Shown here one piece after another: positions 26,930 through 40,468 of a DNA stretch of 64,000 nt. The notes under the pieces were generated by a model. The model did not search any database. It saw only the letters and a list, made by a program, of their open reading frames with translations, and had not been told where the DNA came from. The first letter of the stretch is position 1. Each line of letters begins with the position of its first letter. The DNA comes from Eledone cirrhosa. Its lineage: Eukaryota. The DNA lies in NCBI GenBank assembly GCA_964016885.1, contig OZ024750.1, forward strand, positions 9,362,001 through 9,426,000, in the 5' to 3' direction. The position numbers were made by a program, and so were the translations under genes.

Positions 26930-27100
26930 ATCCCCAGTCACTGAAGAGGTTACAGAATGTGTGACGAAAGAACTTTGATAATATATGAACAACCATCCGG
27001 TTGTGGAACCAACCAACCGGAAATTTATAATAAATTGAAGTGAAAGCAGCTGGTGCATGTGTTTCTTATTGGCAACATGACTCTCCCAAAGTATAACAAT
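26930..27100 (+). mobile_element. Hammerhead-bearing element (family H3); ribozyme at 26937-26979
   Basis: GUCA-CUGAAGA-G-GUUACA-GAAUG-UGUGAC-GAAA-GAAC-UU-UGAU. Homologous to 49470-49672 in reverse orientation. Confidence 0.7.
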
Positions 27101-27118
27101 ATATATATATGTATATAT

Positions 27119-27715
27119 AGAGAAAGACTGAGCATAAGAGAAATCAAATGCTGTGTACAGGAGAGGCGTTTGCGTTGGTATGGACATGTGATGCGTATGA
27201 AGGATGACAGCTGCATAAAAAGGTGCAGAGCACTAGAAGTTGATGGAAACTGCGGAGTGGGGAGACCCAAGAAGACCTGGAATGAGGTGTTAAAAGCCAA
27301 CCTTACCCAATTACACCTCTCAAAGGCGATGACACACGACCGTTACCTCTGGCATCACACAGTAATACAGAGTACCTGACCCCCCACGGATACAAGCCAA
27401 AGCTGAAGCATATAGACAATATGCCCCTACACCCTCCTACTGCAAAGTGGTCGTGGAGGTGCCACGGCAAAAAAGCACCCAGCCCACACTGCAAAGTGGA
27501 CGTGTAGGCACCACGGAATAAAAGCACCCACCACTCACTGTAAATGAGATTGGTGTTAGGAAGGGCATCCAACTGTAGAAATCAAGCCAAAATCAGTTCC
27601 CGTATGAGCAAGGCAAGGTCAGCCGACCGGACACTGCCCACAACAGGACAACCCGTCTAACCCATGCTGGCGTGGAAGAACGGACGTAAAATGGTGATGA
27701 TGATGATGATGATGG
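27119..27715 (+). mobile_element. RTE-clade LINE 3' end (ORF C-terminus plus 3' UTR with (GAT)n tail)
   Basis: Peptide QERRLRWYGHVMRMKDDSCIKRCRALEVDGNCGVGRPKKTWNEVLK...DRYLW carries the RTE motifs RRLRWxGHVxR and GRPxxTW; stop at 27377-27379. Confidence 0.85.
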
Positions 27716-27746
27716 TATATATATATATATATGTGTGTGTACATAT

Positions 27747-28070
27747 GGAGGCATATGGCTTAGTGGTTAGAGCATTGGCCTTGCAATCGAAAGGTTGTGA
27801 GTTCAATTCTCAGACCGGGTGATATGTTGTTTCCTTGAGCAAGACACTTTATTTCACATTGCTCCAGTTTACTCAGCTGTAGAAATGAGATGATAGGGAC
27901 TGGGGTCCATATCATTCCAATGCAAAGTGGTCGTGGAGGTGCCACGGCAAAAAAGCACCCAGCACTCACTGTAAATGAGGTTGGTGTTAGGAAGGGCATC
28001 CAGCTGTAGAAATCAAGCCAGAATCAGTTCCTGTCCCACCCTTGCAAGCAGGGAAAAAGCGGACATGAAA
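27747..28070 (+). mobile_element. SINE B full length
   Basis: Near-identical to 10108-10432. Confidence 0.9.
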
Positions 28071-28093
28071 TGAAAATGAAATGAAAAAAAATG

Positions 28094-28128
<35 letters not shown>

Positions 28129-28623
28129 TGAATCTAGCTGTTGAAATGGCCAGAGCTCAGCCGTCTGGGTCTTGAGTCTTTTTCATATATATTATATATA
28201 GATATAGATATGTGTGTGTGTTAAGTATTTCTGTTTTCCACATTTCTATGGGTTAGACAAGTGGTCATGTTATGATGTAAGTCAAGTGACCATATTTTTC
28301 TGATATGGACCTGTGTTTGAACTTTATTTCTACAGCTGGATGTCCTTCCTGACACCAATCACCTTACAATGTGGACTGGGCACTATTTGTCATGTCACCA
28401 TAACAACCAACTTACAATGTGGACTGGGTGCTTTATGTCGTGTCACCAGCATATATATATATTTATATATTAGTGGCTTACCAAGAAGAGCTTTGTGACA
28501 AATGAATGTGAGGAAGGGGGTTATTCTCAAACTGAAGACTTAGCCTGAATGTTTGTAACACAGAGGACTCTGTTAAAAACAACCAAAAAGACAAAGACAG
28601 GTGATAGGGCTAAAACCAGTTAA

Positions 28624-28845
28624 ACCTTTAGCATTTATATTACTCTCTATATATTATTGTATTTTTTGTGGTAAAGACTTTACCTGACATAATTATCTCA
28701 CATAATATCGAATCTATGAGATTTTGATGCTGTTTATTTTGAGAACAATACCTTAACATTGGTATGAGCAACCTATTACGACCAGTTTGAACAAAAAGAT
28801 GGGAGAGAATTCTGGCCAGATATGGCCGGTTTAAATGCTAAAGGG
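28624..28845. mobile_element. piggyBac-type MITE
   Basis: TTAA TSDs at 28620-28623 and 28846-28849; TIR (c)cctttagcattta / taaatgctaaaggg. Confidence 0.85.
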
Positions 28846-29251
28846 TTAAAGAAATAAGACCTTTCTTTAAACCGACTTTGATGGGATTTGAACTCAGACC
28901 ACAAAGTACCAGAATGAATACCACAAAGTAGTCTAACCAATTCTCTAACAATTCTGTCAGATTCCTGAGCAAGAAGCATTTCACAGAGATAGAAAATGTA
29001 TTGGATTGCTGCCCTATATTAGAGCAAGAAGTATTTTACAGAGATGGAAATAGTTTAGTTTGCAACTCTTTTTGATTTTCGTCCTTTTTTTTTTCTTGTA
29101 TATTTGATTCATTTGTTATTGGTCAGTGAGTATTTATTTATTTATTATTATTATTATTTTTTTTTTTTTTATTATTATCATTTGGTCACCAACTATCAAG
29201 CCTTGTAGCCACTGACCTATCTCCATCACCGCTCCACATTCATTATTGTTA

Positions 29252-29283
<32 letters not shown>

Positions 29284-29594
29284 CCATTCATTCTCCTCGT
29301 TCAGGCCTAAAGCATCAGCTTCTTCTCGGTGATAATGGACATGAAGAACAAAGAGATGAATAAGGATTGCAGAATAGCAAGAGAAATTAGGTGAAGGGGA
29401 GAAAAAGAGAGTGATTGGGGAGCTAAGATTGAAGGGAGGGGGGGGGTAATGAAAGAAGCAAAGGAGAGATGGTAGGAGAAATAGAGAGAGAGAAAGAGAG
29501 AGAGAGAGAGTATGTGTGTGTGTGTGGAAGCGAGAGAGAGTGGAACTGAGATATAGGGACAAAGTGCAGACTTACTTTAATGGTCTTTGAGTGG

Positions 29595-30910
29595 TTGGTG
29601 GTGGTGGTGGTGGTGGTAGTGGTGGTGGTGGTGGTGGTGGTGGTGGTGGTGAAGTTTTTGTTGGAAGCTTTTTGATGGAAGTGATGAAAATGGTCACAAA
29701 ATTGATGGTGATGATGGTGAAGGTGGAGGTGATGGTGGTGAAGGTGGAGGAGGTGATAGTGCTACTAGTGATGGTGGTGGTGTGAAGGTGGAGGAGGTGA
29801 TAGTGCTACTAGTGATGGTGGTGGTGGTGGTGGTGGTGGTGGTGAAGGTGGAAGTGATGAAGGTGATGATGGTGGTGGTGAAGGTGGAGGAGGTGATAGT
29901 GCTACTAGTGATGGTGGTGGTGGTGGTGGTGGTGGTGGTGAAGGTGGAAGTGATGAAGGTGATGGTGGTGGTGGTGAAGGTGGAGGAGGTGATAGTGCTA
30001 CTAGTGATGGTGGTGGTGGTGAAGGTGGAGGAGGTGATAGTGCTACTAGTGATGGTGGTGGTGGTGAAGGTGGAGGAGGTGATAGTGCTACTAGTGATGG
30101 TGGTGGTGGTGAAGGTGGAGGAGGTGATAGTGCTACTAGTGATGGTGGTGGTGGTGGTGGTGGTGAAGGTGGAAGTGATGAAGGTGATGATGGTGTAGGT
30201 GTAGCTGATGGTGGAGGTGATGTGGCTATGGGGGTGAAGGTGGAGTTGGTGGTGCTACTAGTGATGCTGGTGATGATGGTGGAGGTGATGGTGGTGATGG
30301 TGGTGGTAGTGGTGAAGATGGAGGTGATGGTGGTGGAGGTGATGGTGATGGTGGAGGTGATGCTGGTGGTGGTAAAGGTGGTGGTGGAGGTGATGCTGGT
30401 GGTGATGGTGGAGGTGATGCTGGTGGTGGTGGAGGTGACGGTGGTGGAGGTGGTGGTGATGGTGGAGGTGATGCTGGTGGTGGTAAAGGTGGCGGTGACG
30501 GTGGTGGAGGTGGTGGTGATGGTAGAGGTGATGCTGGTGGTGGTGAAGGTGGTGTTGAAGGTGGTGGAGGTGGTGGTGGAGGTGATGCTGGTGGTGGTGA
30601 AGGTGGTGGAGGTGGTGGTGGAGGTGATGCTGGTGGTGGTAAAGGTGAAGGTGAAGGTGGTGGTGGTGGAGGTGGTGGTGCTACTAGCAATGCTGGTGGT
30701 GGTAAAGGTGGAGGTGGGGGTGCTACTAGCGATGGTGGTGGTGGAGGTGATGCTGGTGGTGGTAAAGGTGGAGGTGAAGATGGTGGTGGTGGTGGAGGTG
30801 ATGCTGGTGGTGGTAAAGGTGGAGGTGAAGATGGTGGAGGTGGAGGTGATGGTGGAGGTGAAGATGGTGGTGGTAAAGGTGGAGGTGGTGGTGCTACTAG
30901 TGATGCTGGT
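29595..30910. repeat. GGT-based higher-order satellite
   Basis: Recurring gaaggtggaggaggtgatagtgctactagtgat module within (GGT)n. Confidence 0.95.
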
Positions 30911-31034
30911 GTGTGCTTTTATGGTAATGACAACAGTTACTTAAAATAATTTACAAAATCACTCACAATATTAATTATAAATTCACCACAACATTACAAA
31001 TCCTCTTGGAGTTACTTTATAGAGAACATTTTAT

Positions 31035-31387
31035 GTTGTGTGTAGTTTACAGTGTGTATATATATATACATGTGTGTAGTTTACAGTGTATATATATATA
31101 TATGTGTGTTTACTGTTTATGTGGTTTAACATGTAGGTTTGTTTTGGTTCTACATGTGTTTTGTGTATACATGTGTTTTGGTTATACATGTTAGTATACA
31201 TGTGGTTTGTGTATACATGTGTTTTGGGTATACATGTTAGTATATATGTGGTTTGTGTATACATGTGTTTTGGGTATACACGTGTTTTGGTTTTACATGT
31301 GTTTTGGGTCTACATATGTTTTGTGTATACATGTTTTGTGTATACATGTGTTTTGTGTTTACATGTTTTCTGTATACATGTGGTTTG

Positions 31388-31434
<47 letters not shown>

Positions 31435-31452
31435 ATGTATACATGTGTTTTG

Positions 31453-31499
<47 letters not shown>

Positions 31500-31830
31500 A
31501 TGTATACATGTGTTTTGGGTATATATATATCTATATAGTTGTATGTATATATGTTTTGGGTATACATGTGTTTTGGTTTTACATGTGTTTTGGGTATACA
31601 TTTGTTTTGGTTCTACATGTGTTTTGGGTCTACATATGTTTTGTGTATACATGTTTTGTGTATACATGTGTTTTGTGTATACATGTTTTCTGTATACATG
31701 TGGTTTGGATATATATATATATATATATATATATTTGTATGTATACATGTGTTTTGGGTATATATATATATATATCTATATATTTGTATGTATATATGTT
31801 TTGTGCATACATGTTTTGTATTCACATGTG
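31035..31830. repeat. tatacatgtgttttgg-type minisatellite with (TA)n
   Basis: Direct inspection. Confidence 0.9.
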
Positions 31831-31984
31831 GTAGAAGTGGAAGAAAAAATTATATTTTACTTTGGTGTGGTGTTATGTATTTACATGTTAACATCTTCAG
31901 ATGTTTGTTGTTGTCGTCATGTAGCCACAATCAACACAAAATAAAACCACAGCATGTAGGTGCTCAGTTAAGCAACCTTTGCTG

Positions 31985-32303
31985 TCTGAGGTCAAATCCC
32001 ACTGAGGTTAACTTTGCCTTTCATCCTTACGGGGTCGATAAAATAAAGTACCAGTAACGTACTGGGGTCGATTTAATTAACTTTCCCCTCCCTCCAAATT
32101 GCTGGCCTTGTGCATATACTAGAAATCATTTGGCAGTATTGGTAGAGGGTCGGACGCCATGCTTTGCAGTACAGAGTTACGGCCCGAGTTCAAATCCCGC
32201 CGAGGTTAACTTTGTCTTTCATCCTTACGGGGTCGATAAAATAAAGTACCAGTAATACACTGGGATAATTGCTGGCCTTCTGCCAAAAAGTAGAAACAAT
32301 TAT
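31985..32303 (+). mobile_element. Tandem pair of SINE A
   Basis: Family core twice (long form then short form). Confidence 0.9.
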
Positions 32304-32356
32304 TAGTATAGGTAGATAGATAGAAAGATATATATATATATAGGGAGAGAGACAAA

Positions 32357-32407
<51 letters not shown>

Positions 32408-32799
32408 CAAAGACAGAGAGATAGAGGAGAGGAAAGAGAGAGAGACAAAGACAAAGAGAGAGAGAGAGTGAAGCAGAAAGATAGAAACAGTAGGAGAGAA
32501 AATGTTTCTTGTGGAACTAGCATCTTGACATATGCTATTTCTTTTGACAAGGTTCCGTTTCAGTGTAAAATTGATTTGTCTTCCCATTCTGCTTGAGTGG
32601 TAGGTTACTAATGGACTAACAGATTCTTGTAAAGAATTGTTGGATTCCTACAAACAACCAGAACCATTTCTCTCAGGTACTTCTGTATCTGTTTAGCAAA
32701 GGAAGAGGAAAAATAATGAAGTATCTCACAAGTCAACAATACCAAAGAGGCGGTAGTACTATAAATGGTGGGTTTTAACTATTAACAACCATCATTATC

Positions 32800-33128
32800 G
32801 TCGGATTGGTAGTATCGGTAGACGGTCGGACGACATGCTTTGCAGTACAGAGTTACGGCTCTTTACGGTATGAGTTCAAATCCCGCTGAGGTTAACTTTA
32901 CCTTTCATCTTTACGGGGGTCGATAAAATAAAGTACCAGTAATACACTGGTTAATTGCTGGCCGTGTGCCTAAAGTAGAAACAATTATTACTTTGATATC
33001 CCTTTACGATCTGAGTTCAAATCCCGCCGAGGTTGACTTTACCTTTCATCTTTACGGGGGTCGATAAAATAAAGTACCAGTAATACACTTGGTAATTGCT
33101 GGCCTTGTGCCAAAAGTAGACACAATTA
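32800..33128 (+). mobile_element. Tandem pair of SINE A
   Basis: Family core twice; the second tail runs into the (ATC)n array. Confidence 0.9.
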
Positions 33129-33201
33129 TCATCATCATCATCTTCATTATCTTCATTATCTTCATCATCATCATCATCATCATCATCATCGTCATCATCT
33201 A

Positions 33202-33238
<37 letters not shown>

Positions 33239-33456
33239 TTCATCATCATCATTATCATCATCTTCATCATCATCATCATCATTATCATCTTCATCATCTA
33301 CATCTTCATTATCATCATCATCATCATTATCATCTTCATCATCTACATCACCATCATTATCATCATCATCATCACCATCATCATCATTATCTTCATCGTC
33401 ATCACCATCATCATCACCATCATCATTATCTTCATCATCATCACCATCATCATCAT
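33127..33456. repeat. (ATC)n degenerate microsatellite
   Basis: Direct inspection. Confidence 0.95.
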
Positions 33457-33544
33457 GTAAATTTTGTGACTTATTACTTGTTGGATGTTATGCTGCTGAT
33501 TATGATGTCGTCTTGAAAATGAGTTATTGATTTAATAATTGAAT

Positions 33545-33812
33545 CATCATCATCATCATTTTTTATGTCTGCTTTTCCAAGCTTTCATGGGTTGGATGGG
33601 TCCTTCGCAGCACAGCATCTCTCCATTGTAACGATCCTTTGACATCTCCTCCCCTATGAGTCTCAGTATTTTGTGGTCAACTCTGAGCTCTTACAACCTC
33701 TGTCCAGATCCTTCTTGGTCTACCTCTACCACAGCTTCCTTCCACTGGCATTTTCTGTCATTTCTTCACCCAACAATCATTGTCCATTACACATCACATG
33801 TCCAAACCAACA
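33545..33812 (-). mobile_element. RTE LINE 3' end, decayed
   Basis: Minus strand WFGHV../MDNDCWVKK*QKMPVEGSCGRGRPRRIWTEVVR then ccatgaaagcttggaaaagcagac and (GAT)n tail. Confidence 0.75.
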
Positions 33813-34604
33813 CAGTGAACAATAAAATATTATTTCATCAACGATGCTATAATAGAAAGTTCTGTAAAGTTCTACAAACTATAGAGCAAGCTCACACGCG
33901 ATATTGATTGGAATATCATTGGTTTTATGGTTCAATGATGTTACTTTCTTTTCACATAGTTTCTCATTTATGTAAGCATTTCTTACACTCTACAGAGAAT
34001 CATTTAACACTTTTGAAGAACACAATAAGATAAACAGACTTCTGTTTTTTGTATTTACTTAAATCATCAATCCATACTTTTAGAGTATTCTCAGGTAACA
34101 TTTTTCATGAGGTATGAGAAATATCACAAATATAGTTAAAGTAAACACATACTTAGAAGAAATGTTATCATTGTTCCAAAGATGAGAATAAATAGACCAG
34201 AGTTTAAAATAAATAAAATCACACAGCTGCTTCTATTTATTTTACACTTTGATTATATTTTTCTATAGTTCAAGATACTTATTGACAGATATTTATTAAA
34301 CTGTTGTCATCATACTTTCGTTTAGAGCCAACTAGGAACCCAAATATTTGTTTAACTTGCTAGAAAAAGTAGCCAAATCATACTCAGATTACATCATACA
34401 AAGAAAATGAACATATTAGAATATATTGCTAGAGAAGTCTTGAAAAAAAAGTTTAGATGGTCATGTTTGGCAGGCTTTTTGTTATAGATTTACTCAATCA
34501 TGATTAAATTGGGATGAAACAACAATAACACTTTTACTTACATGTGATCTGAAAAAATAATAATTCTTTAACCAATTTACCTTGTTTATTTTTATGATCT
34601 GCCT

Positions 34605-34722
34605 ATCAATATTTTGAGGGTAAAACCAACTGGCAGGAAACCCAGGGGTAGACCCTGAGCAAGATAGTTGGATAACATCCATGAGTTCAGCTGAACTGAC
34701 TTGGAGATCCAGGTGGATCAGG
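34605..34722 (+). mobile_element. Third fragment of the same RTE C-terminal family
   Basis: gggtaaaaccaactggcaggaaacccaggggtagaccctgagcaagatagttggataacatccatgag. Confidence 0.65.
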
Positions 34723-36182
34723 TCTGGGTGACACAATGCCATGGCTCCTTCAAACAGATATACATGTACCCAGTTCTGACAAGAGTCACAACCCCACTAA
34801 ATTACCTACTTTGCTCACTTGGTTTTACAACAAAAAAGCCTGTGTTGTCTTCTTCCAGAGTCTTTTGCAAAGAGAAGACACCTTCACTCTAGTAGTTTTG
34901 GGGATGTTTATATCAAGGGTTGATAGATGGGAATAATCCATTTTCTCAAAGTGGCAACTTAATTCAGTTTTGAAGGGCTTTTTTCAGAAGACATAGATCA
35001 TCATCATTGTATGCAGAAATCAGGCAAAGAATTACAACAAAAACTACCCATGGAAAATTTGATTACATTGGTTTCTGCCGCTCGGTTGTATACATGACTG
35101 AATGCATAATACACAGTTACAGAAATTACATATGCAAGTAGAACAGGCAGGCTTTATCAGCAGATATTATCCAATAGGAATTATATTGATATAGAAAGCT
35201 TCTGTGATTGACTGCTGCCACTACAGAAATATAATTACAACTGTAGTCATGTATTTCCTTTCTAATAAACTACTGGAGAGAAAAAAAAACATTATACAAT
35301 ATTCCATGATTGAAGAATATAAAAATAGATGGAAATCTCAGCACCTGACTGATTTAGAAGTAAATTAGGTGTGTAGATATATGGAATATATCTACACACC
35401 TAGATGTAACAGCTAGATGTCATAGCTGCCTAGATGTAACATGTATCTTAAATCTGGAGTTACCTGATCAACACTCAATGATAGATAGAAATAATGTATT
35501 TTCTCAAAGTGACAACTATTAATTCGATTTTGAAAGGTTTTTTTGCACAAGAGGCCTTGACAATGTGATAAATCAGACACAGTATAATAACAAATTACAA
35601 ATACCAATAGGAAATTCAATTATCTGAACTGATGTCAGTTTCTGCCACACCTGGTCATTTATGTGGCTAAATGCATAAAGTACATTTACAGAATAATTGC
35701 ATATAAAAGTAGAACTAGTGAGCTTTATCAGCAGATAATACACAATAGGAGTTGTATTGATTTGCTGAGCCTCTGCAGGTGACTGTTGCCACGACAGAAA
35801 TGTAGCCACAACTTTAGTTACTTTGTTATGACTGAGAGAGAGTAAGGCAGAGAGATAGATAGATAGATAGAGAGAGAGAGTGTGTGTGAGAGTATTATTA
35901 TAATGTATATGAAGCATTGGGGAATATATTGATATTACACTTCGTTATAGAAACCTATAGCAATGAAAATCAAATATTGAATATTACTAATGATAATAAC
36001 AAGTATATTGAAATGTTGTTTTTACCATAGAAATAATTTTTGGCCCTTATATTTCAAGCAAAATACTCCTTCTCAGAGCTGTTAAGAGAATATGAGAGGA
36101 GAGAGACAGAGACGGGCAGAGATAAAGTGAGACATACTTTTTGTATATCCATTTTGTTAGGATGCAGAAGATATTAGAAACA

Positions 36183-36183
<1 letters not shown>

Positions 36184-36213
<30 letters not shown>

Positions 36214-36379
36214 GTAATGATGATGATGATGATGATGATGGTAATGATAAGGAAGAGGATGATGGTAGTGATGGTGATGTTGATGGTAATGATGATGATG
36301 ATGGTAATGATGATGATAAGAAAGAGGATGATGAGAATGATGTTGGTATTGATGATGATGATGATGATGATATTGGTGT

Positions 36380-36416
<37 letters not shown>

Positions 36417-36514
36417 TTTTGGTATTGATGATGATGATGATGATGATATTGGTATTGATGATGATGACAATGATGATGATGTGAATAATGATGATGATGA
36501 TAATGCTGATGATG

Positions 36515-36545
<31 letters not shown>

Positions 36546-36564
36546 CAATGATGATGATGATGAT
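36184..36564. repeat. (GAT)n degenerate microsatellite
   Basis: Direct inspection. Confidence 0.95.
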
Positions 36565-36776
36565 ACAAAGCAGACCTTAATTACATCACAATCATCACAA
36601 CAGCTACCAACCCTCTCAGCATCAATGTACTCAACCATAACATTTCCATTAGAGATAATCAGGACAATAGTCATTAGAATAATGAAAGTTTCTGAAAATT
36701 TAGCAGCATATTAAATACTGAGGGCATGTAATAAATTGAAAAATTGAATATAAATATGCATATATACATACACATG

Positions 36777-36817
<41 letters not shown>

Positions 36818-36928
36818 ATATATATATATATATATACATATATATACATGTGTATGTATATATATTTATATATATACATATACACATACATGTGTATGTA
36901 TATATATATATATATATACATACACATG

Positions 36929-36974
<46 letters not shown>

Positions 36975-37110
36975 CATACATAGACATGTATGTGGATATG
37001 TATATATATATACATACATACATAGACATTTATGTGGATATGTATATATATAAATATATATATACATATACACATACATGTCTATGTATATATATATATA
37101 CATAGACATG

Positions 37111-37148
<38 letters not shown>

Positions 37149-37291
37149 CATAGACATGTATGTGGATATGTATATATATAAATATATATATACATATATA
37201 CATACATGTCTATGTATATATATATATATACATAGACATGTATGTGTTTATTTATATGTATAAATATATATACATACACATGTATATATAT

Positions 37292-37322
<31 letters not shown>

Positions 37323-37921
37323 AATATATATATATAAACACACACTTACAAAATCTATTATATACACATCCACCCACACAAACACTTATATGTCTATATG
37401 TATGTATGTTTGTTTGTATCTGTGTGTAAGAGTGTATGTATATATATATATGTGTATGTGTGTGTATGAATACATGTATATTGAGAGTGAAAAAGTGACT
37501 TCTATAATTTTGCATGGATATATATCATCATCATCATCATCAGTAGTATGTATGTATATATAAATATATATATATATATATATAAATATATATATATACA
37601 TAGCAATACATAACCCAGTATATATTACCGATACATACATGAACATGAGCAGCCATTTTTTGACATGTTTCGAATATCTAATTAAAATTCTCTTGTTATT
37701 CTTAATTATCCCTTAAAACTAAGAAAATTTAAAATAAGATTACGTATAAGATTTGAAATGTTTTCTTTCGGTCTTTTTTTTTTTTACAATTCCCATTTAT
37801 TTTGTTTCCATGTGGCTGAACTAAACTTGTCTTCTAAGAAATTTAAACATTATGTACAGAAGTTAACAAACTGTATAAGAACAGAAAAGTGTTGTTATTG
37901 TTGTTTCTATTGTAGTTGTCT

Positions 37922-38238
37922 TTTGGACTTAGGTCAACTTTGAGTTTGGGACCTAGATCAACCTTGAGTGAGCAGACCTAGGTCAACTTTGGGTTTTGGA
38001 CCTGGCCAACCTTGAGTGAGCAGACCTAGGTCAACTTTGGGTTTTGGACCTGGCCAACCTTGAGTGAGCAGACCTAGGTCAGCTTTGGGTTTTGGACCTG
38101 GCCAACCTTGAGTGAGCAGACCTAGGTCAACTTTGAGTTTTGAACAGAGGTCAACTTTGGGTTTTGAACCTAGGTCAACTTTGGGTTTTGGACCTAGTCC
38201 AACTTTAGGTTTTGAACCTAAGTCAACCTTGAGTGAGC
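37922..38238. repeat. Minisatellite, 48-bp dimer of two related ~24-bp subunits
   Basis: gacctaggtcaactttgggttttg + gacctggccaaccttgagtgagca repeated. Confidence 0.9.
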
Positions 38239-38987
38239 ATATACACAACGCAAGATATTCCAGCCATGATCACTTTGTCCTTTTGAATAAAATGTCCAGC
38301 CTGGTTGAACATCATCACCAAGCTTTTTAGTGTTTTTAGAAGAGTCCATTCTGTGGTAAGCATTGAATTTAGGTTACCAGACTAAAGAAAACTTTCCCAC
38401 CATCCCTTACCCCCGGTCTCATGATTAAAGAGAGAGAGAGAGAGAGAGAGAGAAATAAAACAATCTGTTTCAGATAAAATCTTTTTTTTTTATAGATCCA
38501 GAAAACATCTCATCTTCCTTGACAGAAAACAAATGTTTTGTGAGGCAATCTCATCAGTTAATGGAGAAAAACTTTTAACTGTCCAAAGTCTGGCCTCAAT
38601 TTAGACAATCATGGAGAGATGACAGGGAATCTAGTTAGCTAATACAAAAACCTTCAGCTTAATGAGACACACACACACAATGAAGTAACTCAGACAATTT
38701 AGTGGCATTCTATCGGTTATAATGACAAGTTTTCCTGTTGATTTGATCAACGGTACAGCCTGCTTGTGAAATTAACATGCAAGTGGCTGAGCATTCCATG
38801 AACGTAGTTCTCAGGGAGATTCAGCATGATACAGAATGTGACAAGGCTGGCCCTTCGAATTACAGGTACTACTCATTTTTGCCAGCTGAGTGGACTAGAA
38901 CGTGAAATAAAGAATAAAGCTCAAGGACACAGTGCACCATTGGGAATCAAACTCATGACCTTACGATTGTTAGCTGAATACCCTCAC

Positions 38988-39421
38988 CATAATGATTTCT
39001 ACTATAGACGCAAGGCCAGTAATTTGGGGGGAGGGGAAAGTCAATTAAATCGACTCCAGTACGTTACTGTTGCTTTATTTTATCTACGCCATGAAAGGCA
39101 AAGTTAACCTCAGCGGGATTTGAACTCAGACTGTAAAGGGACGTAACTATGCTGCAAAGCATGGTGTCCGTATTGATTCTGCCAATCCACTGCCCTTTAA
39201 AATAATGGTTTCTTATATAGGCACAAGGCCAGCAATTTTGGGGAGGGGAAAGTTGATTAAATCGACCCCAGTGTGTGACTGGTACTTTTATTTTATCGAC
39301 CCCGTAAGGATGAAAGGCAAAGTTAACCTCAGCGGGATTTGAACTCAGATCATAAAGGGCCGTAACTCTATGCTGCGAAGCATGGTATCCGACTCTACCG
39401 ATACTGCCAATCCACCACCCT
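38988..39421 (-). mobile_element. Tandem pair of SINE A inserted into a CORE-like SINE (38690-39455)
   Basis: Two reverse copies. The host element resumes after them, with tgaataccct duplicated at ~38975 and 39421. Confidence 0.85.
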
Positions 39422-40344
39422 GAATACCCTAACCATTATGCCACATGCCTTCACACGAAGAATCAAACCGAGACAGTACACCTTGGTTTACCCAGAATCC
39501 GAAACTGTTGTTAGTCAGTGGAAACCTCTGCATTATTTAAAGACACATGCCAACTAACGAGAATAAAATCTGTAGCTAATTATAAAACTTTTCCAATTAA
39601 TTACATCTATTCCCCCAACTATTAAATCAATACAGTTATGACCAACTACAACAATTTCGGCTAACACTAGTTAACTGAACATACTGATTGCTGATAGAGT
39701 TAATTAAAACAAAATCTTTTGCTAACCACAATAATTCCCTTTAGTAACCATTATAGTTATCTTGTCTTCTACTAAATTTATTTCTTCATTGTTGCTTTCT
39801 CTTTTTTGTAATCTTTAAAATGGATTTAAAGCAAGTCAGCTGTAAAAGCTTCTATGTATAATAACATTTTTTTTTTCCACATTGCGGAGTCAGCTTACTG
39901 TTAGGTTCCAAATAATAGGTGTTGGAATAAACCAGGGGTGGGGATCTACACCTGATATCCCTCCCTCCCTCCATAGACATACACACACACACATGTATAT
40001 CATGACTCCATACACTGTTCACTTTCCTGACATTTGTACATTATTCTATGTACTCTACATGCACCTTTGATGAGTTGTAGTGCATCTGAGCACTGTACAC
40101 AATAATTTCATTATTATTATATCATTATTAATTGTATAGTGTATGTTCATAAATATGGGATTTCTTGTAATGTTCTTTTTTTTGTCATATATGATGTTTT
40201 TTTTTAAAGTTAAAATAAATTGATGGGTCGGTACGCTGAGGCACTTAAAGGGTCATAAAGGGACATAATGATAAATTATATAGGGGGCTGTTAAGTTAAG
40301 GAAATTAAAGGACATTTAGATAAACTACACATATAATATATATA

Positions 40345-40378
<34 letters not shown>

Positions 40379-40425
40379 CATATATATAATATTATATATA
40401 TATAATATTATATATATATATTATA

Positions 40426-40468
<43 letters not shown>

